Translations under genes and position numbers: made by a program
Part shown: positions 56,126-64,000 of the stretch, one piece after another
How the letters are laid out: the number at the start of each line of letters is the position of its first letter
How positions within the stretch are numbered: the first letter of the stretch is position 1
Notes under the pieces: generated by a model
Databases searched by the model: none
What the model was told of the DNA's origin: nothing
The model's input: only the letters and a program-made list of their open reading frames with translations
Origin: a virus
Direction: 5' to 3' (one strand)
Length of the DNA stretch: 64,000 bases
IMG/VR virus record: IMGVR_UViG_3300037427_002598
Coordinates: 5,120 to 69,119 of that record

Positions 56126-56479
56126 ATGCAATACTTTAACATTACCGAGTTTGATTCACCCGATGAAATGGGTAGCGGACGAAATATGAATGTGGAAATG
56201 CTAGACAAAATAGATCTAGTACGATCTAAGTTTGACAGAGCAATCCATATAAACAGTGGTTATCGAACTAAAGAACATAATAAAAAGGTTGGAGGAAAAA
56301 AGAATTCCTCTCATCTTAAAGGTTTAGCAGTTGATATCCATTGTATAAACTCTAGAGAAAGATATGATCTTATAAACTGTTTATTAGATGTAGGATTTAC
56401 TCGCATAGGAATTGCAGATACATTTATTCATGTGGACATGGATCCTGATAAAGATCCTGATGTAATATGGACATATTAA
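56126..56479 (+). CDS. Endolysin, peptidase M15A family
   Basis: YF...EF, INSGYRT..HN..VGG...SSHLKG.AVDI, FIHVD; likely start at MQYF. Confidence 0.88.
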   Translation: MQYFNITEFDSPDEMGSGRNMNVEMLDKIDLVRSKFDRAIHINSGYRTKEHNKKVGGKKNSSHLKGLAVDIHCINSRERYDLINCLLDVGFTRIGIADTFIHVDMDPDKDPDVIWTY

Positions 56480-56523
56480 AAAAGGGAACACGATAAAATG
56501 GGCTTCCACCCCCAACGTTCCTG

Positions 56524-56566
56524 AAAAAAGGGATATTACAATTAAGTAGTATCCCTTTCTTTTTTT
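56524..56566. terminator. Bidirectional rho-independent terminator at convergence point
   Basis: AAAAAAGGGATATTAC-AATTAA-GTAGTATCCCTTTCTTTTTT hairpin flanked by A and T tracts. Confidence 0.8.
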
Positions 56567-56699
56567 ATATAAATATTCCAATTAATACGCCTGAAATTAA
56601 TCCAGCTAATGGGCCTAAAACTGCCCAAACTTTATACCACCGAATTAATTGATTTTCTTTAGAAGTATAAATATTGTCCGTTGTATCTAATTTTTTCAT
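56565..56699 (-). CDS. 44-aa membrane peptide
   Basis: MKKLDTTDNIYTSKENQLIRWYKVWAVLGPLAGLISGVLIGIFI. Confidence 0.5.
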   Translation of the reverse strand: MKKLDTTDNIYTSKENQLIRWYKVWAVLGPLAGLISGVLIGIFI

Positions 56700-56712
56700 A
56701 AAAAAGTTTTAA

Positions 56713-58461
56713 TTATCCATCGCAACTTAAGCAATCCGGGTCCATTGCGTTCGCTGCTATATCTCCCCGTAATACAGACTCAGTCCGCATATAATATAAA
56801 GTTTTAATCCCTCTTTTCCAAGCTTCAATATGTACTTGATTAATCCATCTAGGTATTGCTTCAGAGGGAAAAGCTAAATTTAAACTTACTGATTGATCTA
56901 TATAATCAGTTCTAATTCCTGCTTGGTTTATTAATTCTAATTGATTTATTTCTTTAAATGTTTTAAATACATTTTTAATAGGTTCATGATCTTGCGATTC
57001 TTGGGTTACTCTTCCTAAATGATCATAATAATATCCTTCTAGTTCTTTTAAATCTTGAACCGATCCTTCATCTTTTAAAATTTTATCCCATATATCTTTA
57101 TTATCTAATTTAAGTTTTCTTAAAATTTTTTGCAATTCTTTATTTTTTCTAATAAAAGTTCCTTTAGCTGATTGATCTGTAAAAACATTTGCTGCCCAAG
57201 GTTCAATTCCAGGTGATACATTTCCAGCTAATTTGCTATTTGATACGGTGGGTGCTATCGCTCTTAAATGTGTATTTCGCATTCCAGTACCTACACACCA
57301 TAAAGGTTCACCATATGTCTCCGCAAGAGCTCTAGAGGCTCTTTCTGTCTCTATTTTAATCTTAGAAAATATTTCTCTTGTTTTAAATTGTGCCAATAGC
57401 CCTTCAAAAGCAATTCCATTTTTTTGTAACAAACTATGCCATCCTAAGACTCCTAATCCTAGTGCTCTTCCTTTTACTGCAGATCTTACAGAATTATCAA
57501 ATCCTTTCATATTTTTAGCCCGTTGTATAAACTCTTCTAATACACCATCTAAAAACCATGTTGCATCATAAATTAAATTAGAATTTTTCCATTCATCATA
57601 TTTATCTAAATTAACTGAAGATAAACAACATACAAAGCTATGAGACTCATCTGTATGTAATACTATTTCACTACAGATATTTGTCATATAAACTTTTAAG
57701 CTGTTCGACTTATAAGCATCTGGGTTAGCTTTGTTTGTATTTCCTTTAAAGAGAATATACGGCTCTCCAGTAGCTTTACGTTTTTGGAGGAGTTTTCCCC
57801 ATCTTTGTCTAGCTTCTGGATCTCCAGCTTCGAGTTTTCGCATAAACTTATCACCAACGACAGCACACTGATGTAGGTTAAGAGATTGCCTATTGACGTC
57901 CCCTTTAGGTTCTCTAATTTCCAGCCAGTCATAGAAATCAGGGTGTTCGATATTAATATTAACGGATGCAGCCCCTCTACGTACTGATCCTTGATTGGTT
58001 GCGAGTATAGTCGAGTCATAGACTTTGCAAAAAGGGACAACTCCATCTGATGTTCCATTACCTGTTATTTTAGCGCCGGCAGGACGAATCATATTAACTC
58101 CGATACCTACTCCCCCGCCGTGTTTAGCAAGTAACATCATTTCTAAATTTTTATTTCCTATATCCATTATACTATCGGCTACATCTATACCAAAACAACT
58201 TATAGGTAATCCTCTATCAGTGCCGGTATTGGATAAAACAGGGGATGCTAAGCATAGCCATCCTTTCCAAATATAATCAAAAAATTTATTTGCCAATTCT
58301 GGTTTAAATAATCTTTTAGCAACAGTTTTAGATACTCTTTTATAAGCTTCCTTAGGGGTTTCACCATTAAATAAATAGCCACCACTAATAGTTTTTTTAT
58401 AAACATCAGTATCTCCCCAAGAAGGGTAATCTTTACCTTTTATCCAATCATTATTCCACAT
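56713..58461 (-). CDS. nrdA: Ribonucleotide reductase class I alpha subunit (no ATP cone)
   Basis: LPISCF, GGVG, NQGSVRRGA, TNICSEI, CCLSS, APTVSNS, DQSVSLN, KTLYY and C-terminal CxxC (CLSC). Confidence 0.95.
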   Translation of the reverse strand: MWNNDWIKGKDYPSWGDTDVYKKTISGGYLFNGETPKEAYKRVSKTVAKRLFKPELANKFFDYIWKGWLCLASPVLSNTGTDRGLPISCFGIDVADSIMDIGNKNLEMMLLAKHGGGVGIGVNMIRPAGAKITGNGTSDGVVPFCKVYDSTILATNQGSVRRGAASVNINIEHPDFYDWLEIREPKGDVNRQSLNLHQCAVVGDKFMRKLEAGDPEARQRWGKLLQKRKATGEPYILFKGNTNKANPDAYKSNSLKVYMTNICSEIVLHTDESHSFVCCLSSVNLDKYDEWKNSNLIYDATWFLDGVLEEFIQRAKNMKGFDNSVRSAVKGRALGLGVLGWHSLLQKNGIAFEGLLAQFKTREIFSKIKIETERASRALAETYGEPLWCVGTGMRNTHLRAIAPTVSNSKLAGNVSPGIEPWAANVFTDQSAKGTFIRKNKELQKILRKLKLDNKDIWDKILKDEGSVQDLKELEGYYYDHLGRVTQESQDHEPIKNVFKTFKEINQLELINQAGIRTDYIDQSVSLNLAFPSEAIPRWINQVHIEAWKRGIKTLYYMRTESVLRGDIAANAMDPDCLSCDG

Positions 58462-58718
58462 TATATTTCTAATTTTTTTTCTTTATCACAATCTTTACAA
58501 TCTTCAGGTTTGTCTTTAAGGACATCTTGTGCTTTTAATTCTTCAATAATTCTATTCCATTCTTTTTCACCCATAAATGTTTTTAAAGATGTTAAAGTTC
58601 CTTGTGCTAAATTTTCTACATTACCTAAATCTTGTATTATTTTACGCAACACATTAGTAACAGCCGCCATTTGGGTTTCTAATTTATTAAATTTTTCTAT
58701 TAATGTTTTTTCTTTCAT
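58461..58718 (-). CDS. Hypothetical protein
   Basis: 85-aa coiled coil, coupled to nrdA. Confidence 0.65.
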   Translation of the reverse strand: MKEKTLIEKFNKLETQMAAVTNVLRKIIQDLGNVENLAQGTLTSLKTFMGEKEWNRIIEELKAQDVLKDKPEDCKDCDKEKKLEI

Positions 58719-58927
58719 TATAATATATTTTTATTTAATATAATTGGAGACGCATCAATGTGATTTTTAACTTCTATATGATTTTCTTTAATTAAAACTA
58801 TAGGCTCTAAATCAATAAATTGTCTTCTTGTTATTTTACCTTTACTATCTCTAGTTATAGTTTTTTTAATAAAATTTCTTTTATAATTTTTAAGTACATA
58901 TTCTTTTATTTTTTCTTTATCCTCCAT
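58718..58927 (-). CDS. Hypothetical protein
   Basis: 69-aa ORF in the operon. Confidence 0.6.
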   Translation of the reverse strand: MEDKEKIKEYVLKNYKRNFIKKTITRDSKGKITRRQFIDLEPIVLIKENHIEVKNHIDASPIILNKNIL

Positions 58928-59276
58928 TATATAACATATAAATTAAGTAACCAATTGTTACGTTTAAATTAACTAAAACTAAATTCCATTGTTTTGCAAC
59001 CCATACTTGTGGTATACATACAATGCCTCCAATAACATATGTAATAGCCCCTATATTTCCGTACGGTAATAAATAAGGACTAATCATTATAAAAGCAGTT
59101 CCAAAATACCCAAGTCTATTAGCTAATCTTTCTTTAGCAGATAATCTTCTATCTTGAACTAATAATCTTAAAAAAGATCTTTTCCATCTAAACTCACATC
59201 TTTTGCAAGTTTTTTTGCCTAGATGTTTAAATTTAGAATCTTTTTTTTTCTTTTTACATATATTGCAAGTTTTCAT
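58917..59276 (-). CDS. Zinc-finger plus multi-TM membrane protein
   Basis: CNIC...TCKRC followed by three hydrophobic helices. Confidence 0.65.
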   Translation of the reverse strand: MKTCNICKKKKKDSKFKHLGKKTCKRCEFRWKRSFLRLLVQDRRLSAKERLANRLGYFGTAFIMISPYLLPYGNIGAITYVIGGIVCIPQVWVAKQWNLVLVNLNVTIGYLIYMLYNGG

Positions 59277-60245
59277 CTACCAAATATCTTCAAAATCCTC
59301 TCCTTCATTTGCTTTGGAATAATCAGTCGGACGAATAGCAAAAAAATCAGTATGAGTATGGCCCCCGGTAAGATGGTAGAACCAATCAAGATTTTTTGCT
59401 GCTTCTTTGTCAAACTCAAAGTATTCCCGTTTGTCTGCGTAACCAAGTTCAATGATTTTTTCATTAAGTCTTTTTCGTATAAAGTGTTTAAGGTCGTAAG
59501 CTTTAAGGTTTTCGATGTCTCCCAGTTCAAACATTTTATTAATGTAGTTTTCTTCGGCTTTAAGCATTGTTTCTGCTGCATCTAATATATCTTTTTTAGA
59601 TTTATTTAATAATTGCGGATCTTCTTGACACATATGTCTAAAAAGTTGACAACCCATTTTAGAATGTAATGATTCATCTCTTACACTCCATTTCATTTGT
59701 TGTCCTACTCCTTTTAAAAGATTTCTGAGTTGAAAACTATATAAAACAGCAAAGGCAGAATAAAGACTAACACCTTCAGCAAAGGCACTAAAGATAGCAA
59801 GGCTTCTTGCAATTCCAGTGGGGTTATTTCCATCATAACTAATTAAATTATCAAAGCGCTCCATTGTTGCCTTGTCTTGTAAGAACGCTTCAAAATTTTC
59901 CAAGCCAAGAGTTTCATTTAAATAAGAATAAGCTACAGCATGGATAGTTTCTTGTGATCCAAATATCATAGCCATTTGTTGTATTTCATGTTTAGGAAAC
60001 CATGATACAACTTTTTGTGTCCAGTAATCTGATACTGCACATTCTGTCTGAGCAAAACCTAGTAAGATATTACCTACTAGGTTCTTTTCTTTTTTTGTTA
60101 ATATTTCGTTCCAATCTTTAACATCACTTGACATTGGTATTTCAGTATGTAACCAAAACGCTTGAGCTTGTTTAAGCCATCCATCGTTATAATATTCGGG
60201 ATATTCAAAAGGTTTGTATGGTATTCTTTCGTCAAATAATCCCAT
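59277..60245 (-). CDS. nrdB: Ribonucleotide reductase class I beta subunit
   Basis: FWLHTEI, ETIHAVAY, EGVSLYSAF, RDESLH di-metal ligands. Confidence 0.95.
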   Translation of the reverse strand: MGLFDERIPYKPFEYPEYYNDGWLKQAQAFWLHTEIPMSSDVKDWNEILTKKEKNLVGNILLGFAQTECAVSDYWTQKVVSWFPKHEIQQMAMIFGSQETIHAVAYSYLNETLGLENFEAFLQDKATMERFDNLISYDGNNPTGIARSLAIFSAFAEGVSLYSAFAVLYSFQLRNLLKGVGQQMKWSVRDESLHSKMGCQLFRHMCQEDPQLLNKSKKDILDAAETMLKAEENYINKMFELGDIENLKAYDLKHFIRKRLNEKIIELGYADKREYFEFDKEAAKNLDWFYHLTGGHTHTDFFAIRPTDYSKANEGEDFEDIW

Positions 60246-60572
60246 TTATTTCTTTTTTAGTTGTTCTTTTATGCTGTATTTTTTATTGTCAAAAATATAT
60301 TGTCTATAAGTAATATTAAATTGAGGTTGTAGAAGATCCCATCCTCTAGCTTTTCCGATCTCACCATATTGTAAGTTGTCATGGTGTGAGTTTACCCCTC
60401 CCATTGTTCTTACTTTACTTATATCTTTTTCAATATCACTTAAAGTAACTTGTCCTTTATGATTAGTAGGTAAATTGTAAGTACTTCTTACTTCCAGAAA
60501 TAATTGACCTCCTTTACATGAGGTTAGTAAAATTAGCATTACTGCTAAAGATAAAATTAAATAGTTTTTCAT
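60246..60572 (-). CDS. Lipoprotein
   Basis: Signal peptide ending in LLTSC lipobox. Confidence 0.7.
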   Translation of the reverse strand: MKNYLILSLAVMLILLTSCKGGQLFLEVRSTYNLPTNHKGQVTLSDIEKDISKVRTMGGVNSHHDNLQYGEIGKARGWDLLQPQFNITYRQYIFDNKKYSIKEQLKKK

Positions 60573-60596
60573 AATATTAAATTTTTTTAAATTGTG

Positions 60597-60740
60597 TTAA
60601 TCTTTATATATCTCTAAACAAATATCTATAAAAGGTAAATAGATAACGTGTTGAGTTGATCCGGTGTGTGGGTAACTTCTCATACCTATTAATATACCGG
60701 GGTATAAACCTAAGGTGAGTTCCCAACTTTTTTCATTCAT
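60597..60740 (-). CDS. Small hypothetical protein (47 aa)
   Basis: MNEKSWELTLGLYPGILIGMRSYPHTGSTQHVIYLPFIDICLEIYKD. Confidence 0.55.
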   Translation of the reverse strand: MNEKSWELTLGLYPGILIGMRSYPHTGSTQHVIYLPFIDICLEIYKD

Positions 60741-60741
60741 A

Positions 60742-60912
60742 TTAATAATATTTTATATTAAATTTATCTTGCATTTCTACAAGATCTTTGTAAAAGACAT
60801 ACCCTTTTACTTTAATTCTCCAATTAACCCATTTATCTATTTGACGTTCTGCATATTTTTGTCTTGCTAATTGTTTTTGGACTCTAATATCAGTTTTATT
60901 GTTTCGTCGCAT
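60742..60912 (-). CDS. Small basic hypothetical protein (56 aa)
   Basis: MRRNNKTDIRVQKQLARQKYAERQIDKWVNWRIKVKGYVFYKDLVEMQDKFNIKYY; overlaps the end of the endonuclease gene. Confidence 0.5.
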   Translation of the reverse strand: MRRNNKTDIRVQKQLARQKYAERQIDKWVNWRIKVKGYVFYKDLVEMQDKFNIKYY

Positions 60913-61334
60913 TCTTTTTGATTTTGGGGTTTATATAATTTTATTCCAGGTAAATGCTTAGATACGTAGTTTTTAAACATTTTCCAACGTAAAGGAAAAC
61001 TTTCATTAGCTCTTCCTTTTGTTTCTATAATAAATCCTTGTCCTATAAAATCTGGTGTATATTTAATATTAAGGATTTTTTTGTTTCCTCTATTTTTATA
61101 TTCTCCTTTTCCATTACCACACCGTTCATAAGATCCGTTAGGAAAATTAAAACCCGGGAATATTTCAAATGTTTGGCCTTCATAAACAGTTTGTATTTTA
61201 GCTTTTTTTAAAGCTATATACATATATTTTTCTAATCCCGAAGAAAAAATAATTCCATCGTGAGTTATTTTTTTACTATTAACAGGCCCTCGTTTTTTTC
61301 GTTTGAATTTAGTCCTCATTGTGATGTCCTTCAA
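60867..61334 (-). CDS. T7 endonuclease I-like Holliday junction resolvase
   Basis: FSSGLE...YEG...YTPDF...IIETKG PD-(D/E)xK signature. Confidence 0.8.
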   Translation of the reverse strand: MKDITMRTKFKRKKRGPVNSKKITHDGIIFSSGLEKYMYIALKKAKIQTVYEGQTFEIFPGFNFPNGSYERCGNGKGEYKNRGNKKILNIKYTPDFIGQGFIIETKGRANESFPLRWKMFKNYVSKHLPGIKLYKPQNQKECDETIKLILESKNN

Positions 61335-61590
61335 ATTCTTGTGATGTATTACTTCTTCTTATCATTGCTTCTTCTATTTCATTTGTTAAACACCTTTTTG
61401 CTGCTTCTAAATATAAAATAGAATCCATCATCTCTTCTTGTATATCTACCATAAAACGATACAAATCTTTTTTTTCTCCTTTTATTTCTTCCATCATAGT
61501 TGCTCCATACTTTTTTTGGCCAACTAAACTACGTTCATCCATTTTCTTTAAAACAGATTGAACAATCTCATCTTTTGTATTAATTTTCAT
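61309..61590 (-). CDS. All-alpha NTP pyrophosphatase-like small protein
   Basis: RSLVGQKKYG...DIQEEMMDSILYL (EExxD) pattern. Confidence 0.55.
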   Translation of the reverse strand: MKINTKDEIVQSVLKKMDERSLVGQKKYGATMMEEIKGEKKDLYRFMVDIQEEMMDSILYLEAAKRCLTNEIEEAMIRRSNTSQEFEGHHNED

Positions 61591-62353
61591 CTTTAACAAA
61601 TGTTCCGTTAATCATTTGACCTGTACGTCCTTTTATTTCATTATAAGCTGAACTAATACAAGTTTCTATATGTGTTCCTCTTTGATGAGCTAAGTTAGTT
61701 AAAACAACCACTATATCTCCAATAGCATCTATAACTTCTGGTTGATCATCTTTTAATAAAGCTTTAGCTAATTCTCCACATTCTTCTTGAAGTTTTACAT
61801 ACTGTGTAGTAGTATTTCCATTATCGTATAAACCTCTTTCTTGTGCCCAATCTCTTATTTGTTGAAACATTTTTAAAGGTTTTTTATTACATTTTTTAAC
61901 AGTTTCTTTAATACAGTTTTCGTAAAAAGCTTTGTTATATATATAAGATCTGTTAGGATTATACATAGAAACCTGAACGTTAGATAATATCCATTTAATA
62001 TTATTATCTGTTAATTTAAATGTACCAAACTGAGTTTCCCATATCATTCCATTATGTTTATTAAGAGCGTCTTTCAACTCGTTTATTGGGTGTGGAAAAG
62101 TTGATGTTTGTTCCGTTGCATTTATTTTCATGTCATTCGATTTATTATACAATTGATTATATTTACGTCTATCTACTTTATAGCCGTAAGACTTTTGAAG
62201 TTCTATTTCTCGATCAGATATATAATTAATATCTTCACTTGATTCTAGAACTTCGTACTCTCCTTCTTTATACCCTTGTATAAGCGTGACTCTTGTATTA
62301 AGATTACTTGTAACGCCTATTTTTTTACCAGGTATGTGGTATAAATAATACAT
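61580..62353 (-). CDS. Fusion: GIY-YIG-like N-terminal domain plus MazG-like NTP pyrophosphohydrolase
   Basis: YYLYH...KIGVT...R...E pattern; C-terminal WAQERGL...KLQEECGELA...DAIGD; likely start MYYLYH at 62353. Confidence 0.7.
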   Translation of the reverse strand: MYYLYHIPGKKIGVTSNLNTRVTLIQGYKEGEYEVLESSEDINYISDREIELQKSYGYKVDRRKYNQLYNKSNDMKINATEQTSTFPHPINELKDALNKHNGMIWETQFGTFKLTDNNIKWILSNVQVSMYNPNRSYIYNKAFYENCIKETVKKCNKKPLKMFQQIRDWAQERGLYDNGNTTTQYVKLQEECGELAKALLKDDQPEVIDAIGDIVVVLTNLAHQRGTHIETCISSAYNEIKGRTGQMINGTFVKDEN

Positions 62354-62360
62354 ATTTATT

Positions 62361-63014
62361 TTATTTAATTTTATTGTTATACAAATGGAAATTATGGGCA
62401 AAATGATAATAATTTCCTAGTTTAATAGACAGTCTCTCTGCAATCATTTTTTGTAACATAACAAAACAATACTGATCATTACAAAAGCCGTACCAGAGAT
62501 CATTAGATCGCATCATAACAGCCATATTTAACTTGTTATTTAACACAGTAAACTGTATTGCATAGGTACAGGGAGTATCTTTAGCATATGTGTTTATTTC
62601 TTTTCCATCATAAATAGATATTGCAGCATGTCTTGTATCTTTTACATTTTTTAATTTAGCTACAACATAATCAATTTGATGGTTTCTATTCCATTGCCAT
62701 CCATAATTAGATCTACACTTTCTTTGTGAATCAGCCATTCTATCCCATATTGGAGGTATTTTTCCATATATTTCTCCTAGTTTTTCTACACTAGGGTCTC
62801 CTGATAAATACCATTGCCATTCAGCTTCCGCATAATCTTTATTCCACTTTCTGTGTTTATCTGTTATGTTTATTTCTAATGGTTTTTTTATATAAAATCC
62901 TACATTAAACAAAGCTTTTGTGTCTCCAAAATTTACTCCATATTCTTTTATATAAGAATAGAAATATTTAAAAACTTCATCTGCATTTTTAAAATTATTT
63001 TTCACGTTTGTCAT
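62361..63014 (-). CDS. Thymidylate-synthase-fold enzyme, probable dCMP hydroxymethylase/methylase type
   Basis: AEWQWY, NYG, catalytic PC, MRSNDLWYGFCND, HFAHNFHLY; likely start MTNVK at 63014. Confidence 0.8.
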   Translation of the reverse strand: MTNVKNNFKNADEVFKYFYSYIKEYGVNFGDTKALFNVGFYIKKPLEINITDKHRKWNKDYAEAEWQWYLSGDPSVEKLGEIYGKIPPIWDRMADSQRKCRSNYGWQWNRNHQIDYVVAKLKNVKDTRHAAISIYDGKEINTYAKDTPCTYAIQFTVLNNKLNMAVMMRSNDLWYGFCNDQYCFVMLQKMIAERLSIKLGNYYHFAHNFHLYNNKIK

Positions 63015-63273
63015 AATAATATTTACACATTTGATAATAAGAAGTACAAAAATTGTCTTTAGTATATATACCAGGAGACAAGTGTGGTGTTTCACTTCTT
63101 TTATATTCACCAATATTAATACCTATTTTCCATAATCCTATTTCTCCACTAACAGGTATAGGGAATATTCTAATGTCATTATCTACACAATAAACATACC
63201 AGTTTCTTTCATTTCCACTTGGTGAATAACTTGGTAATGGGTTGGTTTTCTTTTTTCTATTTCTTATTCCCAT
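62995..63273 (-). CDS. Hypothetical protein
   Basis: 92-aa ORF overlapping both neighbours. Confidence 0.6.
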   Translation of the reverse strand: MGIRNRKKKTNPLPSYSPSGNERNWYVYCVDNDIRIFPIPVSGEIGLWKIGINIGEYKRSETPHLSPGIYTKDNFCTSYYQMCKYYYDKREK

Positions 63274-64000
63274 GGCATCACTTCATTTATAACTTGTTGA
63301 TCTTCATGAGGTATAAAACATCCAGATTTAGGTTCCCATTTAAAGTATGCTTCTGCTCCGTTTTCTCCTAAATTTTGAAATTTGACTTTTAAAACTTTAG
63401 CTTTAACTGTTTTAGCCTCATAATCTCTATGAACTAATATACCATGATAAGAAGCATCATACCATTCTCCACCACCTTTTATGTTATACATATTAGGCTC
63501 TTCAATTTTGCCATCTTTATCTTTATACATTTTAGTAGGGTGAGCTACAATAAAAACTAATACATCAAACTTTTTTGCAAAGGTTTCTATTTTAGTAAGA
63601 TATTCCATTGTATATCTATTAACATCATCTGTATGAGAATCAACATCTCTGATCTTATTAAATGGGTCAATTACTAAACATTTAATTCCCTTACGTTTTA
63701 CAAGTTCAGCTCCTTTACGTAATACAGATTCAAGTGTATATCTTTCCATATCAATAAAAAAGAAATTATCATTTACGTGATCTGCTACTTGATTCCATTT
63801 ATTATTATTTATATCTCCCGGTGTTGGCATTCCTTGCCAAACTTTCCTCATTAATTTATGAGCATGAAGATAAGTAGGGGCGTTTTCTGGTGATGCGAAT
63901 GCTGTTTTCCATTTATAGTTTAAATTATATCCAATAACCATTTGATCAACAAAATCAGATTTTCCAGAAGAAGGTATGCCAGTAACAGTAATAAACTGAC
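63264..64000 (-). CDS. DnaB/Twinkle-like (SF4) primase-helicase, C-terminal part
   Basis: Open to the window edge; Walker A TGIPSSGKS upstream of the track's start, LVIDPFN, IVAHPTK, IKGGG, KVKF. Confidence 0.88.
   Translation of the reverse strand, partial: QFITVTGIPSSGKSDFVDQMVIGYNLNYKWKTAFASPENAPTYLHAHKLMRKVWQGMPTPGDINNNKWNQVADHVNDNFFFIDMERYTLESVLRKGAELVKRKGIKCLVIDPFNKIRDVDSHTDDVNRYTMEYLTKIETFAKKFDVLVFIVAHPTKMYKDKDGKIEEPNMYNIKGGGEWYDASYHGILVHRDYEAKTVKAKVLKVKFQNLGENGAEAYFKWEPKSGCFIPHEDQQVINEVMPWE

Noticed and set aside
26361-60245. Introns or inteins in terL, nrdA or nrdB
   Set aside because: The proteins have normal lengths with contiguous motifs and no intein or LAGLIDADG signatures.
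1-64000. Stop-codon reassignment as in some crAss-like phages
   Set aside because: Core genes are full length under the standard code, with dense packing and no suppressor tRNA.

Overview
This is a 64 kb segment of an AT-rich lytic dsDNA podovirus-like phage genome. The host is most likely Bacteroidota/Flavobacteriia: there are no Shine-Dalgarno motifs, start leaders are A-rich, and the order terL-portal-scaffold-MCP-ring-muzzle-ejection resembles crAss-like/marine flavobacterial phages. Three transcription blocks are visible. (1) 1-4100, minus strand: small early genes, a tRNA-fMet, a tRNA-like minihelix and the start of an ATP-dependent DNA ligase, driven by six copies of a strictly spaced promoter-like motif. 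(2) 4557-56479, plus strand: six fibre/spike proteins, GroEL-GroES, small basic proteins sharing an SP(L/F) tag, a small zincin protease, holin, a tandem GroES-like protein, terminase, portal, scaffold, capsid, tail, three ejection proteins (one of 2617 aa) and an M15 endolysin. (3) 56565-64000, minus strand: NrdA/NrdB, an endonuclease I-like resolvase, MazG-like pyrophosphatases, a thymidylate-synthase-fold enzyme with the dCMP-type Asp, and a helicase. Four observations stand out: an ejected polyprotein whose sigma-like and HNH-like domains are delimited by a repeated K(F/Y/E)SK(A/V)V motif, with a matching non-host early promoter; repeated +1 overprinted ORFs inside terL, scaffold, nrdA and nrdB; a family of SP(L/F)-tagged putative internal head proteins with a candidate protease; and a 42-nt acceptor+T-arm tRNA minihelix. 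All product calls come from motif recognition by eye; no searches were run.
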